Below are positions 48,992-61,459 of a stretch of DNA of 63,826 nt, one piece after another (within the stretch, counting starts at the first letter, position 1; each line of letters starts with the position of its first letter). The position numbers were made by a program, and so were the translations under genes. Where the stretch lies: contig NW_027591183.1 of assembly GCF_964213995.1 (NCBI RefSeq), forward strand, positions 175-64,000, read 5' to 3'. Source of the DNA: Mustelus asterias. Its lineage: Eukaryota. The notes under the pieces were generated by a model. It was not told the origin of the DNA. It made no database searches and was given only the letters and a program-made list of their open reading frames with translations.

Positions 48992-49444
48992 CACAGCGTT
49001 AGATTCCAGCTAAACCCCCGTACAAAAACCTCAGCGAGTATTTACAGCTCCACTAAGTTTCCTTCTGCGCGAATGCGGTCCGGTGTATTTACCGGGTATT
49101 TTGTCCTGATTGAGATCGGCAGTGGAGCGGTTTGGGAAAACTCGATGCTAATCCCAATGCCGCGATTTATGTAGTAAACAGAAACAATGAGTATCTCGCT
49201 ACCAGCTCAAGGATGCACTTAGAAGTGGAGTTAATATGGCAGAAAATTTGCAGGCTGTTCTTTCTGAATTGTTAGCTCCAATAAGCCCAAGGACATCTGT
49301 AACAAAATGCAGAACAGACAAAAATCTACTGTCGTATTTAACAAATGAGATGTCGAATAGCCGCCACAGAGACTCACCCAGCAACACGACTATTATTACA
49401 ACTCTGGGACACAGAAACTCACCCAACAGCACGAAGATAGTCGA

Positions 49445-49810
49445 GTGTATTGTGTGGTGGTGAGCTGCCTTCCTGAAGCTCTGCGGTCCCTGAGGTGCAG
49501 GTACACCCACTGTGCTGTTAGTGAGGGAGTTCCAGGGTTTGACCCAGTGACGGTGAAGGAACAGCGATATATTTCCAAGAAAGGATGTGGAATAACTTGG
49601 AAGGGAATCTCTAGGTGGTGATGTTCCCATGTGCCCGCTGCCCTTGTCCTCCTAAATGGCAGTGGTCGTGTTTTTGGATTGTGCTGCCTAAAAAAAGTTT
49701 AGTGAGTTGTTGCTGCAGTGTTTCTTGTAGATGGTGCACACGGCTGCCACTGTTCGTCGCTGGTGGCAGGAATGGATGTTTACGGAATAGTGAACAATCA
49801 AGCGGACTGC
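49445..49810 (-). mobile_element. LINE (L2/CR1 group) 3' fragment; related piece at 38890-39045 (+)
   Basis: HQRRTVAAVCTIYK and WNSL.NSTVGVP...FRKAAHHH coding remnants. Confidence 0.65.
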
Positions 49811-50139
49811 TTTGTCCTGTATCATGCAATGGTTCAAAGAGATGCAAAAGGGCATCGTGGACAGGCCTCCATACACAAAGTGTGTTTATAATCTGTCCAT
49901 CACTACCACAAGGGAAGCTAAACAAAGAGATGATGCAGAAAGAAATGGATGGAAATTCTGAGAGATTGAGACGAAGTCAGGCGAATTACGCTCTCGAGGA
50001 TGTAAAACAGACAGATCAATTTTGTAGAAAGTTTATTTTTCTAAGGTCTGTACTCCAACTTTTTGTATGTGATACTAACCACTAATTGTCACATTTCAGT
50101 TCAGTTGATTATTTGCAGTTTTTTAACCGTGTGTTCCAG

Positions 50140-50200
50140 ATCAGAGCGATGGAGATTCTGTTACTCAGCGGGAATCCTCAATCACACCGCCAGAGGGAAA
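50140..50200 (+). pseudogene. TRAV: V16: 5' fragment of a V4-family exon
   Basis: TTAACCGTGTGTTCCAG acceptor followed by DQSDGDSVTQRESSI..PEG, then homology ends. Confidence 0.8.
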
Positions 50201-50509
50201 ATAGACAAGGATCCTTCGAATATTGACTCACCGAATAGCACGATGATTTCAATCTGGAAGCACCGTGGAACACGTGCTCCCCGGATGACATTTCCACAGA
50301 AAATAATCGAACTTAAATGTATTTTGTCCTTTCTCTTTTGATATTAAACAGTAAACCCAAATCAGGGACAGGTCTCGCTGATCGGGTGACTGTGGCGCGT
50401 ATCCAAGGGAGAGAGTGATTAAAGTCCCAGCTCTCTACACAGGCTGTACACGTTCCGGGTGATCGCCGCAGGTTTTTGTACGGCCCTGTATGGTCTTTGC
50501 TACACTGTG

Positions 50510-51012
50510 CCTCCATCGCACAGAAATAGGTGGCGGTGTCTGTCAGCCGAGCTTCACTAACATTCAGAACGCTGCGTTTCTCTGAGAAACTGTACTGAGC
50601 CGTGATCCTGCCCTGATCGCTGGTACCGCTCACCAGGTGCTGCACGGTTCTGTCTGGATTTTGTCTGTACCATTGCAGGATCTGTACAGCTACTGTGGCT
50701 GAACAGTTCAACGATGCAGTGGCTCCCTCGGTAACAACCACTGACTCCGGAGACTGTGATAGCTCTTCACTGCCAGCGGCATCTGGGAAGAATATGTACA
50801 TTTGCAGTAAGAACATATCGTACTATAATGTAGCACAATAAAGTACCATTGTATTCACAATTCGAGATAATACAATAAAGCTGAGTACAATTTAACAGAA
50901 CATAACATTGCTGAGGTGTGAAATATTGCTGTCAGAAATAGTGACCACACTTACACTGAGGGAACAGTAAGGAATCCAGGAAAATAATCACCAAAGTGAA
51001 GCTCAGGAACAT
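50510..51012 (-). CDS. TRAV: V17: V7-family short-CDR2 V segment, apparently functional
   Basis: Leader 51012-50955. V exon 50782-50510 ending DTATYFCAME. RSS CACAGTG-23-ACAAAAACC at 50509-50471. Confidence 0.95.
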
Positions 51013-51240
51013 GTTGGATCCTATCGGCTTGTGTGAAACAGCTGTCAGCAGATCCCAGGCTGAGAGAAGCTCCTGGGAAAGCAATGCTATTGGATATCAA
51101 ACCGAGCCCCAAACCAGTCACAGAGTGTCGGTGAGAGCCGGGTCTCTGGGACTTGTGATCACAAAGTGAATCAGTGAGGGAGCTTCAGCATTGATAGTGC
51201 GGGGGAGGAGAGTGCGCATGTGACAGAGCATCCGGTATTG

Positions 51241-51753
51241 TGACGTCAGAAGTTCCGGCATTCTGACGTCAGAGCATCCGGCATTCTGACGTCAGAGCAT
51301 CCGCGTCATTGGAACCTCATCGAATCATAGAATGCCTACAGTGCAGAAAGAGACCATTCGGCCCATTGAACCCGCACCGACCACAGCCCCACCCAGGCCC
51401 TCTCCCCGTAACCTCACATCTTTACCCCGCGAATCCCCCTGACACGAGGGGGCAATTCAACATGGCCAGTCAACCTAACCCGCACATCTTGGGACTGTGG
51501 GAGGAAACCGGAGCACCCGGAGGAAACCCACGCAGACACGGGGAGAACATCCAAACTCCAGACAGACAGTGACCCGAGGCTGGAATCGAACCGGGGGTGC
51601 TGTGAGGCAGCTGTGCTAACCACTGTGGCACCGTGACGCCCAACGTCAGAACATCGTGTATTGTGACGTCGGAATGCGGATATGTGTGGCGTCAGAATGT
51701 GTGACGTCACCCTGTAGCTCATGTGACGTCACTGTGAATTGCGAGTGACATCA
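51241..51753 (-). promoter_or_regulatory. Tandem CRE array upstream of V17, split by an HE1-type SINE (~51318-51641)
   Basis: TGACGTCA at 51241, 51264, 51287, 51702 and 51724; variants at 51664, 51687 and 51746. Confidence 0.75.
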
Positions 51754-52864
51754 GTGGGTCTGGATTGTGGGTCAGAGACATCTCTCCTGGAGCTGATCTG
51801 AATATTCAGCCCTGAGTTGATGGGAATTAACAGCTGATCTGAAACATCTCTCCCGGAGCTGATGTGAATATCCAGCTGTGAGGTTGCGGAATTAAGATCT
51901 AATCAGAAGCAGGGAGGTCCTGCCTTCATGTGGGCCAGTGGTACAAGCAACACCGGGATCCACAGCCAAGGCTTATGAGAAAAAAGCTCTGTTTTGAAAC
52001 AAATATAAGGAAGGTTTTGCGAATACAGGTCTCCCAGTAGAATCTGTCTACCAGTTAAGCTTCCTTTTCTGCTTCCCATAAATTGTTTATTCCTTTAAAA
52101 CCAAGGTTTGATGTTCAGGTCAACTCCGGGAAAGTGTTTCCGCCGGCAGAACTTGGAAAACACAAGCGTCTACTTCAGGAGGGGAGAGGGCAATGGAAAG
52201 ATTAGATTAATTGATTACTCTCCGATTTGTTAAACTTGGAAGGTGATCATCGGATCCCTACAGTGCAAAAGGAGGCCATTCGGCCCATCAAGTCTGCACC
52301 GTCTCTTATCTAGGCCCTATCCCTGCGGTGTTGAAAGAGATGGCGGAAGAAGAGATAATAGTAAGTTTTAGAAGGAAATGAGAGATAAGTTGAAAGCAGA
52401 AAAATGTCCGTGACTGTGAGAGATTCGAGGTTTGAAAGATGAATTGAAGAAATCTGTCAACTCTGAAATCTGTTAGGCAAAGATACCATGGGCCGAGTGG
52501 CCACATCTCCTGCATTGATACGCTATGTTTCTATTTTGTTCATGTCCCTGGCCCCGTAATGCCCCTCCCTCTTTATTTCTTCTCAGTCACTTGGACAGTG
52601 AGCAGGTGCAGAATGGTGACAGATTCCGGAGATGGAAGTCTCGCTATTTCTGTTCCGGGTGCAGCTGAAGTTGCCGCACACGTCACTCAATATTTTGTCT
52701 ACTGCATCCCCGCCCACGACTTCCGTTTTCTGCTCTCGTGATTGGACGGATTGCTGCCGCTGCTCCATTCCTCTCATTGGTTGGATCAGCAGTGCAGTGG
52801 AACAGTGTCTTTCTGTCTCTGACAGGATTTCTCTCATTGCAGAGTTACAGACTCAGGAAGCATC

Positions 52865-53362
52865 ATGGTGAACTATCTCACTCCGATCCTCATCATTCTC
52901 TCACTTCTCAGTAAGCATTTTCTTCCCAGTAAAACTACAAGCTCTTCCTGACTGCTGTAACCCAGATATTCTTGTTGATAAAACAATAGTGATGATGATA
53001 ATTGTATCGTTTAATCTGAGGCTAACTCTGATTGTCATATTGCTGTTGTTTCTGTTAGAACGGAGTCACCAAGACGAAGTGGAACAATTGGATGCTGTAA
53101 AAAAGGTTAAAGAGGAAAATGATGTCACACTAACCTGCGCTTTGAAAACAAGCGATTCCAGCCCTAATGTGTACTGGTACAGTCAGCAGCCCGGGAAAGC
53201 TCCAGTGTACATGTTTCAGCTTATTGGAGAGAATGTACAAAGGAACACCGACCTCAATGATCGGTTTTCTTCCAAATTTGATAAAAAGAACAAGACTACC
53301 GAGCTGACGATCAGTAACACACTGATTTCCGACAGCGCCGGGTATTTCTGTGCCATGAAGCC
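52865..53362 (+). CDS. TRAV: V18: TCR alpha/delta V segment, open, 24-bp RSS spacer
   Basis: Leader 52865-52910 (MVNYLTPILIILSLL). V exon 53059-53362 ending DSAGYFCAMKP. RSS CACACTG-24-ACAAAAACC at 53363-53402. Confidence 0.92.
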
Positions 53363-54269
53363 CACACTGCTGCAGAGACAGAGCCAATGCCGTACAAAAA
53401 CCCCACACTGGCAGTTCCAGTTAGTGCCCAGCAGGGTGCGCGCGCACACACGCGGGTAATTCAGTTTCCACAGAGAGAGTGACAGAGATTCTTAACATTG
53501 CAACAAAAGACAACTCTCAAAAACAGCAACTGGTGTGGTCCAGTTGCAGTTACATTAGTTAATGGTCGGAGCTTACATTTGCAATATCGATCTGAGATAC
53601 TTCAACACATTTTTTTTCGTTTTCGATGCCTTTCTCTGCCTATTTGTTCCAGACTGTCCTTGTCTGCTGATTTATGGAAATTGTGCACATTTCCTTTCCC
53701 ACTCTTTAACGTAAACATTAAAGCTTTTTCTGTTCCCTTGTACATTAATTCAGGACCTCTCCAATCTGGCTGCTCAGCTATTCGGTCCCATTTTCAATCC
53801 ACATCACTGATGAGGATTTCGCTTTGTATTGAATCACTTACTAACCCGATACTCCTGATGCAAGAATGCTGGTCCGCAGTATGGAATGGACATTCAGCTG
53901 CCTCTCATATAGAGAGGCAAAGTTACAGAATTTCCAATTTGACATTGTTATTGAGTTCAGCTCCTTGCAGATAAATCCTAGCTGTCACCACACTGCCTAT
54001 GGTAGCCCCACCCACAGTTTTCCTGTGCTGTTCGCACTCTGACCCGTCTCTCCTGTGCTGTTTTCTTGGATATTTCATTGGAGATATTGATCTTTGCTGC
54101 TTTTCCCTGTTTGGCACTGATTGGATCAGCAGTCCAATGGGGAGACAAGCTATATTTCCATTCTGAAAGAGGATTTGACAGACTGCAAAATTACAAATTG
54201 AGAGAACATCATATGGAAATATCTCAGACCATTCATTGTTCTGTCACTTCTTATGAGGTAGATGTTTTG

Positions 54270-55087
54270 ACTAAGAGATGGAATGCATCCCAGGGTACTG
54301 AAAGAAGTGGCAGAAGTAATAGAGGATGCGTTGGTTGTAATTTATCAAATTTATCAAAATACACTGGACTCTGGGGAAGTGCCGGCTGATTGGAAAACAG
54401 CTAATGTGACACCACTGTTGAAAAAAGGAGGTAGACAAAAGGCGGGTAACTACAGCCCGGGTTAGCTTAACGTCCGTAGTTGGGAAATTGCTGGAATTCA
54501 TCATTAAAGAAGAAATAGCAGGACACCTGGAAAAAAATGGTTTGATCAAGCAGACGCAGCATGGATTCATGAAGGGAAAGTCGTGTTTGACGAATTTGCT
54601 GGATTTTTATGAAGATGTAACGAGTGCGGTTGACAGAGGGGAACCAGTGGATGTGGTGTTTTTGGATTTCAGAAGGCGTTCGATAAGGTGCCTCACAAAA
54701 GGTTGCTGCAGAAAATTAGGGTGCACGGAGTTGGGGGTAAAGTGTTAGCGTGGATTGGGGATTGGCTATCCAACAGCAAGCAGAGAGTTGGAATAAATGG
54801 GTGCTTTTCTGGTTGGCAGTTGGTGACTAGTGGCGTGCCGCAGGGATTGGTGCTGGGGCCTCAACTATTTACCATATACATAGACGATCTGGAGGAGGGG
54901 ACCGAGTGTTGGGTAACAAAGTTTGCGGATGACACAAAGATGAGTGGGAAAGTGAATTGCGTGGAGGATGCGGTAAGTCTGCAGAGAGATTTGGATAGGC
55001 TAAGTGAGTGGGTGAGGATCTGGCAGATGGAGTATAGCGTTGGTAAGTGTGAGGTTATCCACTTTGGAAGGAATAATAGTAAAATGG
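54270..55087 (+). mobile_element. CR1 LINE RT fragment, truncated at a duplication junction
   Basis: QHGFMKGKSCLTNLL, SGVPQGLVLGP and FADDTK motifs. Confidence 0.9.
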
Positions 55088-55326
55088 AAGCTGCAATGCT
55101 GCCCCCTGTTGTTCACTTCTCCCAGTCTCAGCATTGCAGAGTGTTTAAACAAGAATGGCACATTCAGCACCATGGAATGAGAACATTCGGACTAACTCTT
55201 CGTTATACAATTGTTCTGTTTGTATTAACAGTTCACAATCCAGGTCACAGATCTGATTCAGTGAGAGGAGGTGAGAGTGCCTTTGCAGGTTTTTGTACGG
55301 GCTCACTGTGCCTCTGTAGCAGTGTG

Positions 55327-55764
55327 GGGCTCAGCGCACAGTGATACACGGCACAGTCAGAGACATGGACACCGGTGATATTTAAAAGAACCGTTTTCTT
55401 GTCCTTGTCCAAATCAGCAGAAAACCGGTCAGGGAAATCTGGAGACTTTTCTCCGCCACCCGTGCCATATTTCTGCAGTAAATATCTCGGAGCTTCCCCG
55501 GGATACTGGATGTACCAGAAGAGATTTGGAAAAGCATTTTTTGTTGTGTAATTACAATTCACTGTTACGTTCAATCCTTCCTGAACCGTTAATTCAGCCG
55601 GGTCCTGGGAAACTGAATCTTGGCCATTGATTCCTGCAACAAAATGTAGAATGTGTGAGAAATCTGTGAAAAAATATAACCCATGAAACACACACTGAGG
55701 ATTTGAGCTCAGACTCACCGGGCAGCGTGGCCATTATTATCAGTAAAGCACACAGGGAACACAT
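55327..55764 (-). CDS. TRAV: V19: duplicate of V5, apparently functional
   Basis: Leader 55764-55719; V exon 55633-55327; RSS CACACTG-23-ACAAAAACC at 55326-55288. Confidence 0.95.
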
Positions 55765-57778
55765 GGTTCCTGATAGGACAGTAAGCAGCGACAATGTTTA
55801 CAATAAGTTGCTGCCTCTAGTCTTATATCACAGAGTCAACTCAGATCAGAGGCAGCTTCTATTATTCGGAAACTGGGAGGCGTTTCTCAGTGCTGCGATT
55901 GGCTCATCTCCCTGAGCTGACGTCAGCTGCGAATCATAAAATCCCTACAGTGCAGAAGGAGGCCATTCGCCCCATCGAGTCTGTACCGGTCACAATCCCA
56001 CCCAGGCCCCACTCCCGCAACTCCGTGTATTTACCCTGCGTATCCCCTGAGACTCGGGTCAATTTAGCATGGCCAATCAACCCAACCTGCACATCTTTGG
56101 ACTGTGGGAGGAATCAGCAGCAGCCGAAGGGGACCCACGTCGACACGGGGAGAACATGCAAACTTCATACAGAAAGTGATCCGAAGCCGGAATTGAACCC
56201 GGGTCCCTGACACTGTGAGACAGCAGCGCTAACCATTGTGGCATCATGCCGCCCCGTAACCAGTGAAGCAATCACTGTTAGTTAATGATTTAATATAGCT
56301 GGCACTTTCCAATCACATTCCTTCCCTGGCCGTAAACTTATTTCTAAGTTCCTTGCTCTCTCTCTGCTCTCTCCCACATAACCAGTTATTGTGTCTCATT
56401 AACTGGTGAACTCGCTTTCCTCAGAACTCAGTCCATCAATCTTTCTGAAGGCAGATCCTTTTTTTCTAATTCAGGTGAAAAGTGAAACTAATTTAATCAT
56501 TTATGGGTGACACGGTGGCGCAGTGGTTAGCATTGCTGCCTCACAGCCCCAGGGACGCGGGTTCGATTCCAGCCTCGGGTCACTGTCTCTGTGGAGTTTG
56601 CACTTTCTCCCCGTGTCTGCGTGGGTTTCCTCAGGTGCTCCAGTTTCCTTCCACAGTCCTAAACTGTGCAGGTTTGCTGGATTGGCCACGCAAAATTAGC
56701 CTAAGTGTCAGGGGATAGCAGGTTAAATATGTGGGTTACGGGGATAGGGCCTGGGTGGGATTGTTGTCGGGACAGGCTCGTTGATCCTAATGGCCATGAC
56801 TCAACATAATCAATAGTTAGTGCTGTAAGTGTACCGGGGATAAGTCGTCACTCAACTCTGCACCAGGAAATATTTCACGGACTCATAACATAGAAACTAG
56901 AAGCAGGAGCCTTCTCCGCCAATCATCGTAATCATAGCTGATCATGGAATTCAATATCCTGATCCCCCTTCCCCCTCGCCCATATCCCTCGACCCCTTTA
57001 GCCCCAAGAGCTATATCAAATTTCTTCTTGAAATCAGACAACGTTTTGGCCTCAACTACATTCGGTGGAACTGAATTCCATACATCCAACACTCTCTGGA
57101 TGAAGGGATTTCCCTTCACCTCAGTTTATCCCTTATCTTCAAAAGATGACCCTTAGTTCTGGATTCCACCATTGGGAACAGTCTCCTGAATCCACCCTGT
57201 CTAACCCTGTTAGAATTTTATAAGTTTCTATGAGATCCCCTCACTCTTCGAAACCCCAGTGAATATAATCCTAACGGATTTAATCTCTCCTCATATGACA
57301 GAGCTGCCATCCCAGGAATCAGCCTGGTAAATCTTCACTGTACCCCTCTATTCCCCAAATAGAAAAGCTCTGATTTCAATCAGTTATTATTTCTGCTCCA
57401 CGGACTTGAAAATGGGCCAATTCTGAGGCTGCATTTGACAATAGATCACTTTTAAAATGTGTGGCCGGGCAGATAGGCACCGAATCCAGAATCTTTCTAA
57501 GTACAGATTAAGGAAGTTATTCACCCGGGATAATCTGCAGATTTTGTGCGGATGGGGTCGCAGAATGGTTGGATTTGATCCGGGAATAATAGGACGGCAA
57601 ATGTGACATTTCACAACACTGACAATGGCTGAGCTCAGTGGGGGAATATTATTCAGCTGGGGCTGTATTGTGGCCTTCATTTTCTGCGCATTTTCGTTGA
57701 GATCCGACTCTTTTTCTCTGACCCTGAAACGTCTGCGTCACTTTTTGTCTGAGGCCCGCGGGAGCCTCACTCACTGTG

Positions 57779-58249
57779 GGTCTCAGTGCACAGTAATACA
57801 CGGCGCTGTCTCTCATCTTCAAATCTTTCATGGACAAGTGAAAAGTGCTTTGTGTCTGGTTGAGATTCCCGCTGAAGTGCCCAAAGCCGGGAGCCGTATC
57901 GGTAAACCCATAACTATTGGCTCTGAGCAGATACTGAGGAGTTTGCTGTGGATACTGGCGATACCAGAACAGGTCATGTTGTATAACTGAACTCGGCACA
58001 GAGTAACTGCAGGGTATTGCTGAATCTTCACCCTCTGCTGCTTCAACTCCTGGTTCTGACTGGAACACTGAGTCTCCATTACTCATCTCTGGAAATAAAC
58101 AGCGGACGCACAGCGGGTTAGGAGTCAGAGGAAGACGATAGTCACACAGCGCTGGGAAAGGGAAATTGCACAAGGTTTGCGATATACTTTACAATCTGTG
58201 ACCAGAATCACTGACCTGGGATCAGTGCAATAACTAGAATCAGGAACAT
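57779..58249 (-). CDS. TRAV: V20: duplicate of V6, open
   Basis: Leader 58249-58216 (CTG at 58261); V exon 58088-57779; RSS CACAGTG-23-ACAAAAAGT at 57778-57740. Confidence 0.88.
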
Positions 58250-60514
58250 TTTCACCCCCAGCGTTCCAGTCTGAGCTCCAGAAACGGAAACAATGATCTC
58301 TCTCTGTACCGGACCTGGAATGTGAGAAGTTGAAAGAGTCAACAAGGTGTGGTGCGATTGGCTGGGGTTTATTTCCCCACCCATTTTTATATCTGCAAAT
58401 AGTCACTCTCTGCAGAAGGCAACTGTGATGTTCGGTAAGTGATCAGAGAGCGCCCTCCCGTGGACATTACAACCGCATTGGGAACAGACGCAGAAACAAG
58501 AGCCCAGATATACACACGCCGAGAAATATAAAGACCCAGAAATACCCAGTGCAGCTACAACACGGACACGAGGAACAATTCGCTCCACATCCACACCGTT
58601 AATACCCCTTATGGTTTTAAAGGTTTCAATGAAGTTATCTCTGAGTCTTCGAAACTCAAGTGGATACAAACCCAACATCAATATTCTCACCGCGGATACA
58701 GATAACCCGCACGTACCTGGATACTATTACAGCAAACCTTCTCTGAACGTTTTTTAACGCATTACCATCTTTCTTTAGATAAGGAGATACGTATTGTCCG
58801 CAATACTCCAGGTGGTGGTCTCACCAATGCCCCGTACAACGGAAACATACCCTTCCTATTTTATAATAGATTCCCTCGTAGTGAATGATCATATTTTATG
58901 ACGTTTTTAATTAATTACGATACCTGTACCTTAGCCCCTTTCGATTCGTGCCCCGGGACAGCCCAATCTCTCTGTACCTCAGAATTTTGTAATCTTTCAC
59001 CGTTTAAATATTAAGTGTATTTTATATTCATCCTGCCAATAGGGGCATTTTCACATTTGACCACATTATACTCAATTTGGCGGAGCTTTGCCAATTCACT
59101 TAACCTATTTATGTTTCTTTATCGTATCTTCACACGCACTTCATCATTTATCGTCCTACCTATCTTTGTGTTGTCTGCAAATTTAGCATCCATATCTGCT
59201 CTGTAAATATTACAGTGTATTCTAACAATTAATGCAGTTCTCCTTGATTACTGCTCTGTGACATATCACTGTGTATTCCAACAAGCAATGCAGTTCTCTT
59301 ATATTTCTGCTCTGTAACATATCATTGTGTAATCCAACAATTAAAGCAGAGTTCTCCTGCATTACTGCTCTCTATCCTTTAACCGTGTAATTGAATAATT
59401 CATCCTGTTCTCTTGGATTGTGGCTCCCCAACATATCCATGTGTTATGGAACCCGCTCCTGAAACAGTGAACACAAAAACACGGTGAGGGATCGCCCTCT
59501 GGTGGTGATGTGAGGTAAATGGGAGATCAGTGAATTCTCAGATTACTGGAAGATCTTGTTGCAGGATTTTGCTGCTGTATTTTTTCTTGTTCTCATGATT
59601 CTTGTTATAATACACTTAAATTCAGGTGGACTCATGCACGGAACTAATACGAACTTCAGTCTGAATCCTCATCAATTAATTGCTTTATCTGTTTTGAGTG
59701 TTCCAGGCCTTTCTGTTAAACTATATTCGTGTTACAACATTTGAAACCACAGCAATACTGATAAGATTGGAACTCTCAATAAAGTTCTCTCCACACATCG
59801 AAAGGATGTAAATTTGACTCCAACCTCACATTTATCTGACAGATTGTCGGATTTCAGTGCACCTGCTTCAAGTTTAAACTTTCCTCAGAGTTGTCATGAT
59901 GATATTTTGGCTAACATATCAGCTGTCCCCTAATGGGGCTTGGGGAATTTATTGAAATAGGAGACTGGGAGAAATTGCATGTTCTAAATTCTGCACGTTG
60001 CTGGAAAACGGTTGAGGGAGAGAGGGGCTTTGAGACACAGAGAGAGGAGACAGACATTAGCCGCCAAAATATTGAGAGTGCAGGATGGACACCGAGGTGA
60101 ACAGAGAACCAGAGGCGCAGAGAAAGACAGGCAGGAGCAGGTAAAGTTATTGGGCTACAACCAATATTGTTCGGTGGCCAATTCTTGACAACACTGAGCA
60201 ACAAGCCAATCCTGTCATTGGGTAACGCCTCTTAGTCTCCCAATAAATGAGGACTGCCCATGATATAAAATTACTTCTTCACATCAGAGTACAAGAGTTG
60301 ACATAATTTTACAATTCTGCTGATTTTGTGGAATTCTTCAGCTGGAAGCATGTTCTCCCAATGTTCTTCACTACTTTGTCTAGGAAACAATGACTGAACA
60401 CAGGGGGTGAATGTGAGAAGCTGAAGTTTCCACTTGAAGACATTCCCAGTGTCTCTGAGCAGCTGAACTGGGGAAGCCTTTGGGCAGAGACTGTGCTGCT
60501 GCTGTTGCCCTTCC

Positions 60515-60840
60515 TGGCCACCAGGCGTCGCTGTAACGCTCCCGGGGGGGGGGCTGCTCCTCCCAGTGTCACCTCTTGCCCACTCCGGCCCATGCTCGTT
60601 GGCGGGACAACAGGGGGGGGGGTCAGTCGAGGGGGCGGGGCTATCTGTGCGCATGTGCGGGACGGGAATGCTCCCAGAGGTCAGCGCGCGCGGACGCCGC
60701 CGCATTGATGCCGTCTCCCCTGGCAACGCAAGATGGTCGCCGCCGTCTCCCTTGGCAACGGAATATGGCCGCTGGCCGTCTCCCTTGGCAACGGAAAATG
60801 GCCGCCGGCGGTGGGTGTCATTGCGGCGCACGCGCAGTGA
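60515..60840. promoter_or_regulatory. CpG island with promoter motifs: GC box, NRF1-like sites, 3 x [RFX X-box + YY1-like]
   Basis: GGGGCGGGGC, TGCGCATGTGC and GCGCACGCGCA. GTCTCCC(C/T)TGGCAAC at 60713, 60745 and 60778, each followed by AA(G/T/A)ATGG(T/C)CGC. Confidence 0.7.
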
Positions 60841-61459
60841 GGTGTGTCTGCAGCCATTGTCCAGGTTGCCCCCAGTGGATGGGGTTGGGATTGTGCAGCA
60901 GATGGAGCAACAATCCCAGTTTCAATAGGGGGACAGAAGCTGCAATGCTGCCCCCTGGTGGTCACTTCTCCCAGTCTCAGCATTGCAGAGTGTTTAAACA
61001 AGAGTGCATTGTCACAGCAGCACCTTGACCTTCAGTTTCAGTTTATTTATTAGTGTCAGAAGTAGGCTTACATTAACACTACAATGAAGTTACTGTGAGA
61101 ATCCCCTAGTCGCCCACACTCCGGCGCCTGTTCGGGTTACACTGAGGGGGAATTTAGCACGGCCAATGCACCCTAACCAGCACATCTTTCAGACTGTGGG
61201 AGGAAACCGGAGCACCCGGAGGAAACCCACGCAGACACGGGGAGGGGACAGCCCGGGGGAAAGCTCCATTCCAACTGTCCCTGGAGTGTCAGATTAACCT
61301 GGGTCACTCACGCACCCCCGGCTAAGACTCACCTCCCTCAGACAGTGAGACCCTCCTGTATCACTCACCTTACTGTAGTCAGATACCCTCAGACACAGCA
61401 CTGGGCCCTGGGCGTGTTCTTTAAATGCTGCGACCTATCGTGGAGGAAAGAATTGGGAG

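Noticed and set aside
55304-55310. Perfect heptamer inside the V19 spacer as a nested RSS
   Set aside because: Only 7 bp from the nonamer, and not conserved in V5 or V13.
6045-58261. NAR-TCR cassette or IgH-like V (TAILV/VH-delta)
   Set aside because: No VNAR-like or VH-like framework, no leaderless supporting V with a CDR1 cysteine, and no V-D-J unit was recognised.
60271-61053. Overlapping 100-186 aa ORFs
   Set aside because: Expected from stop-poor GC-rich sequence; low complexity and no recognisable protein.
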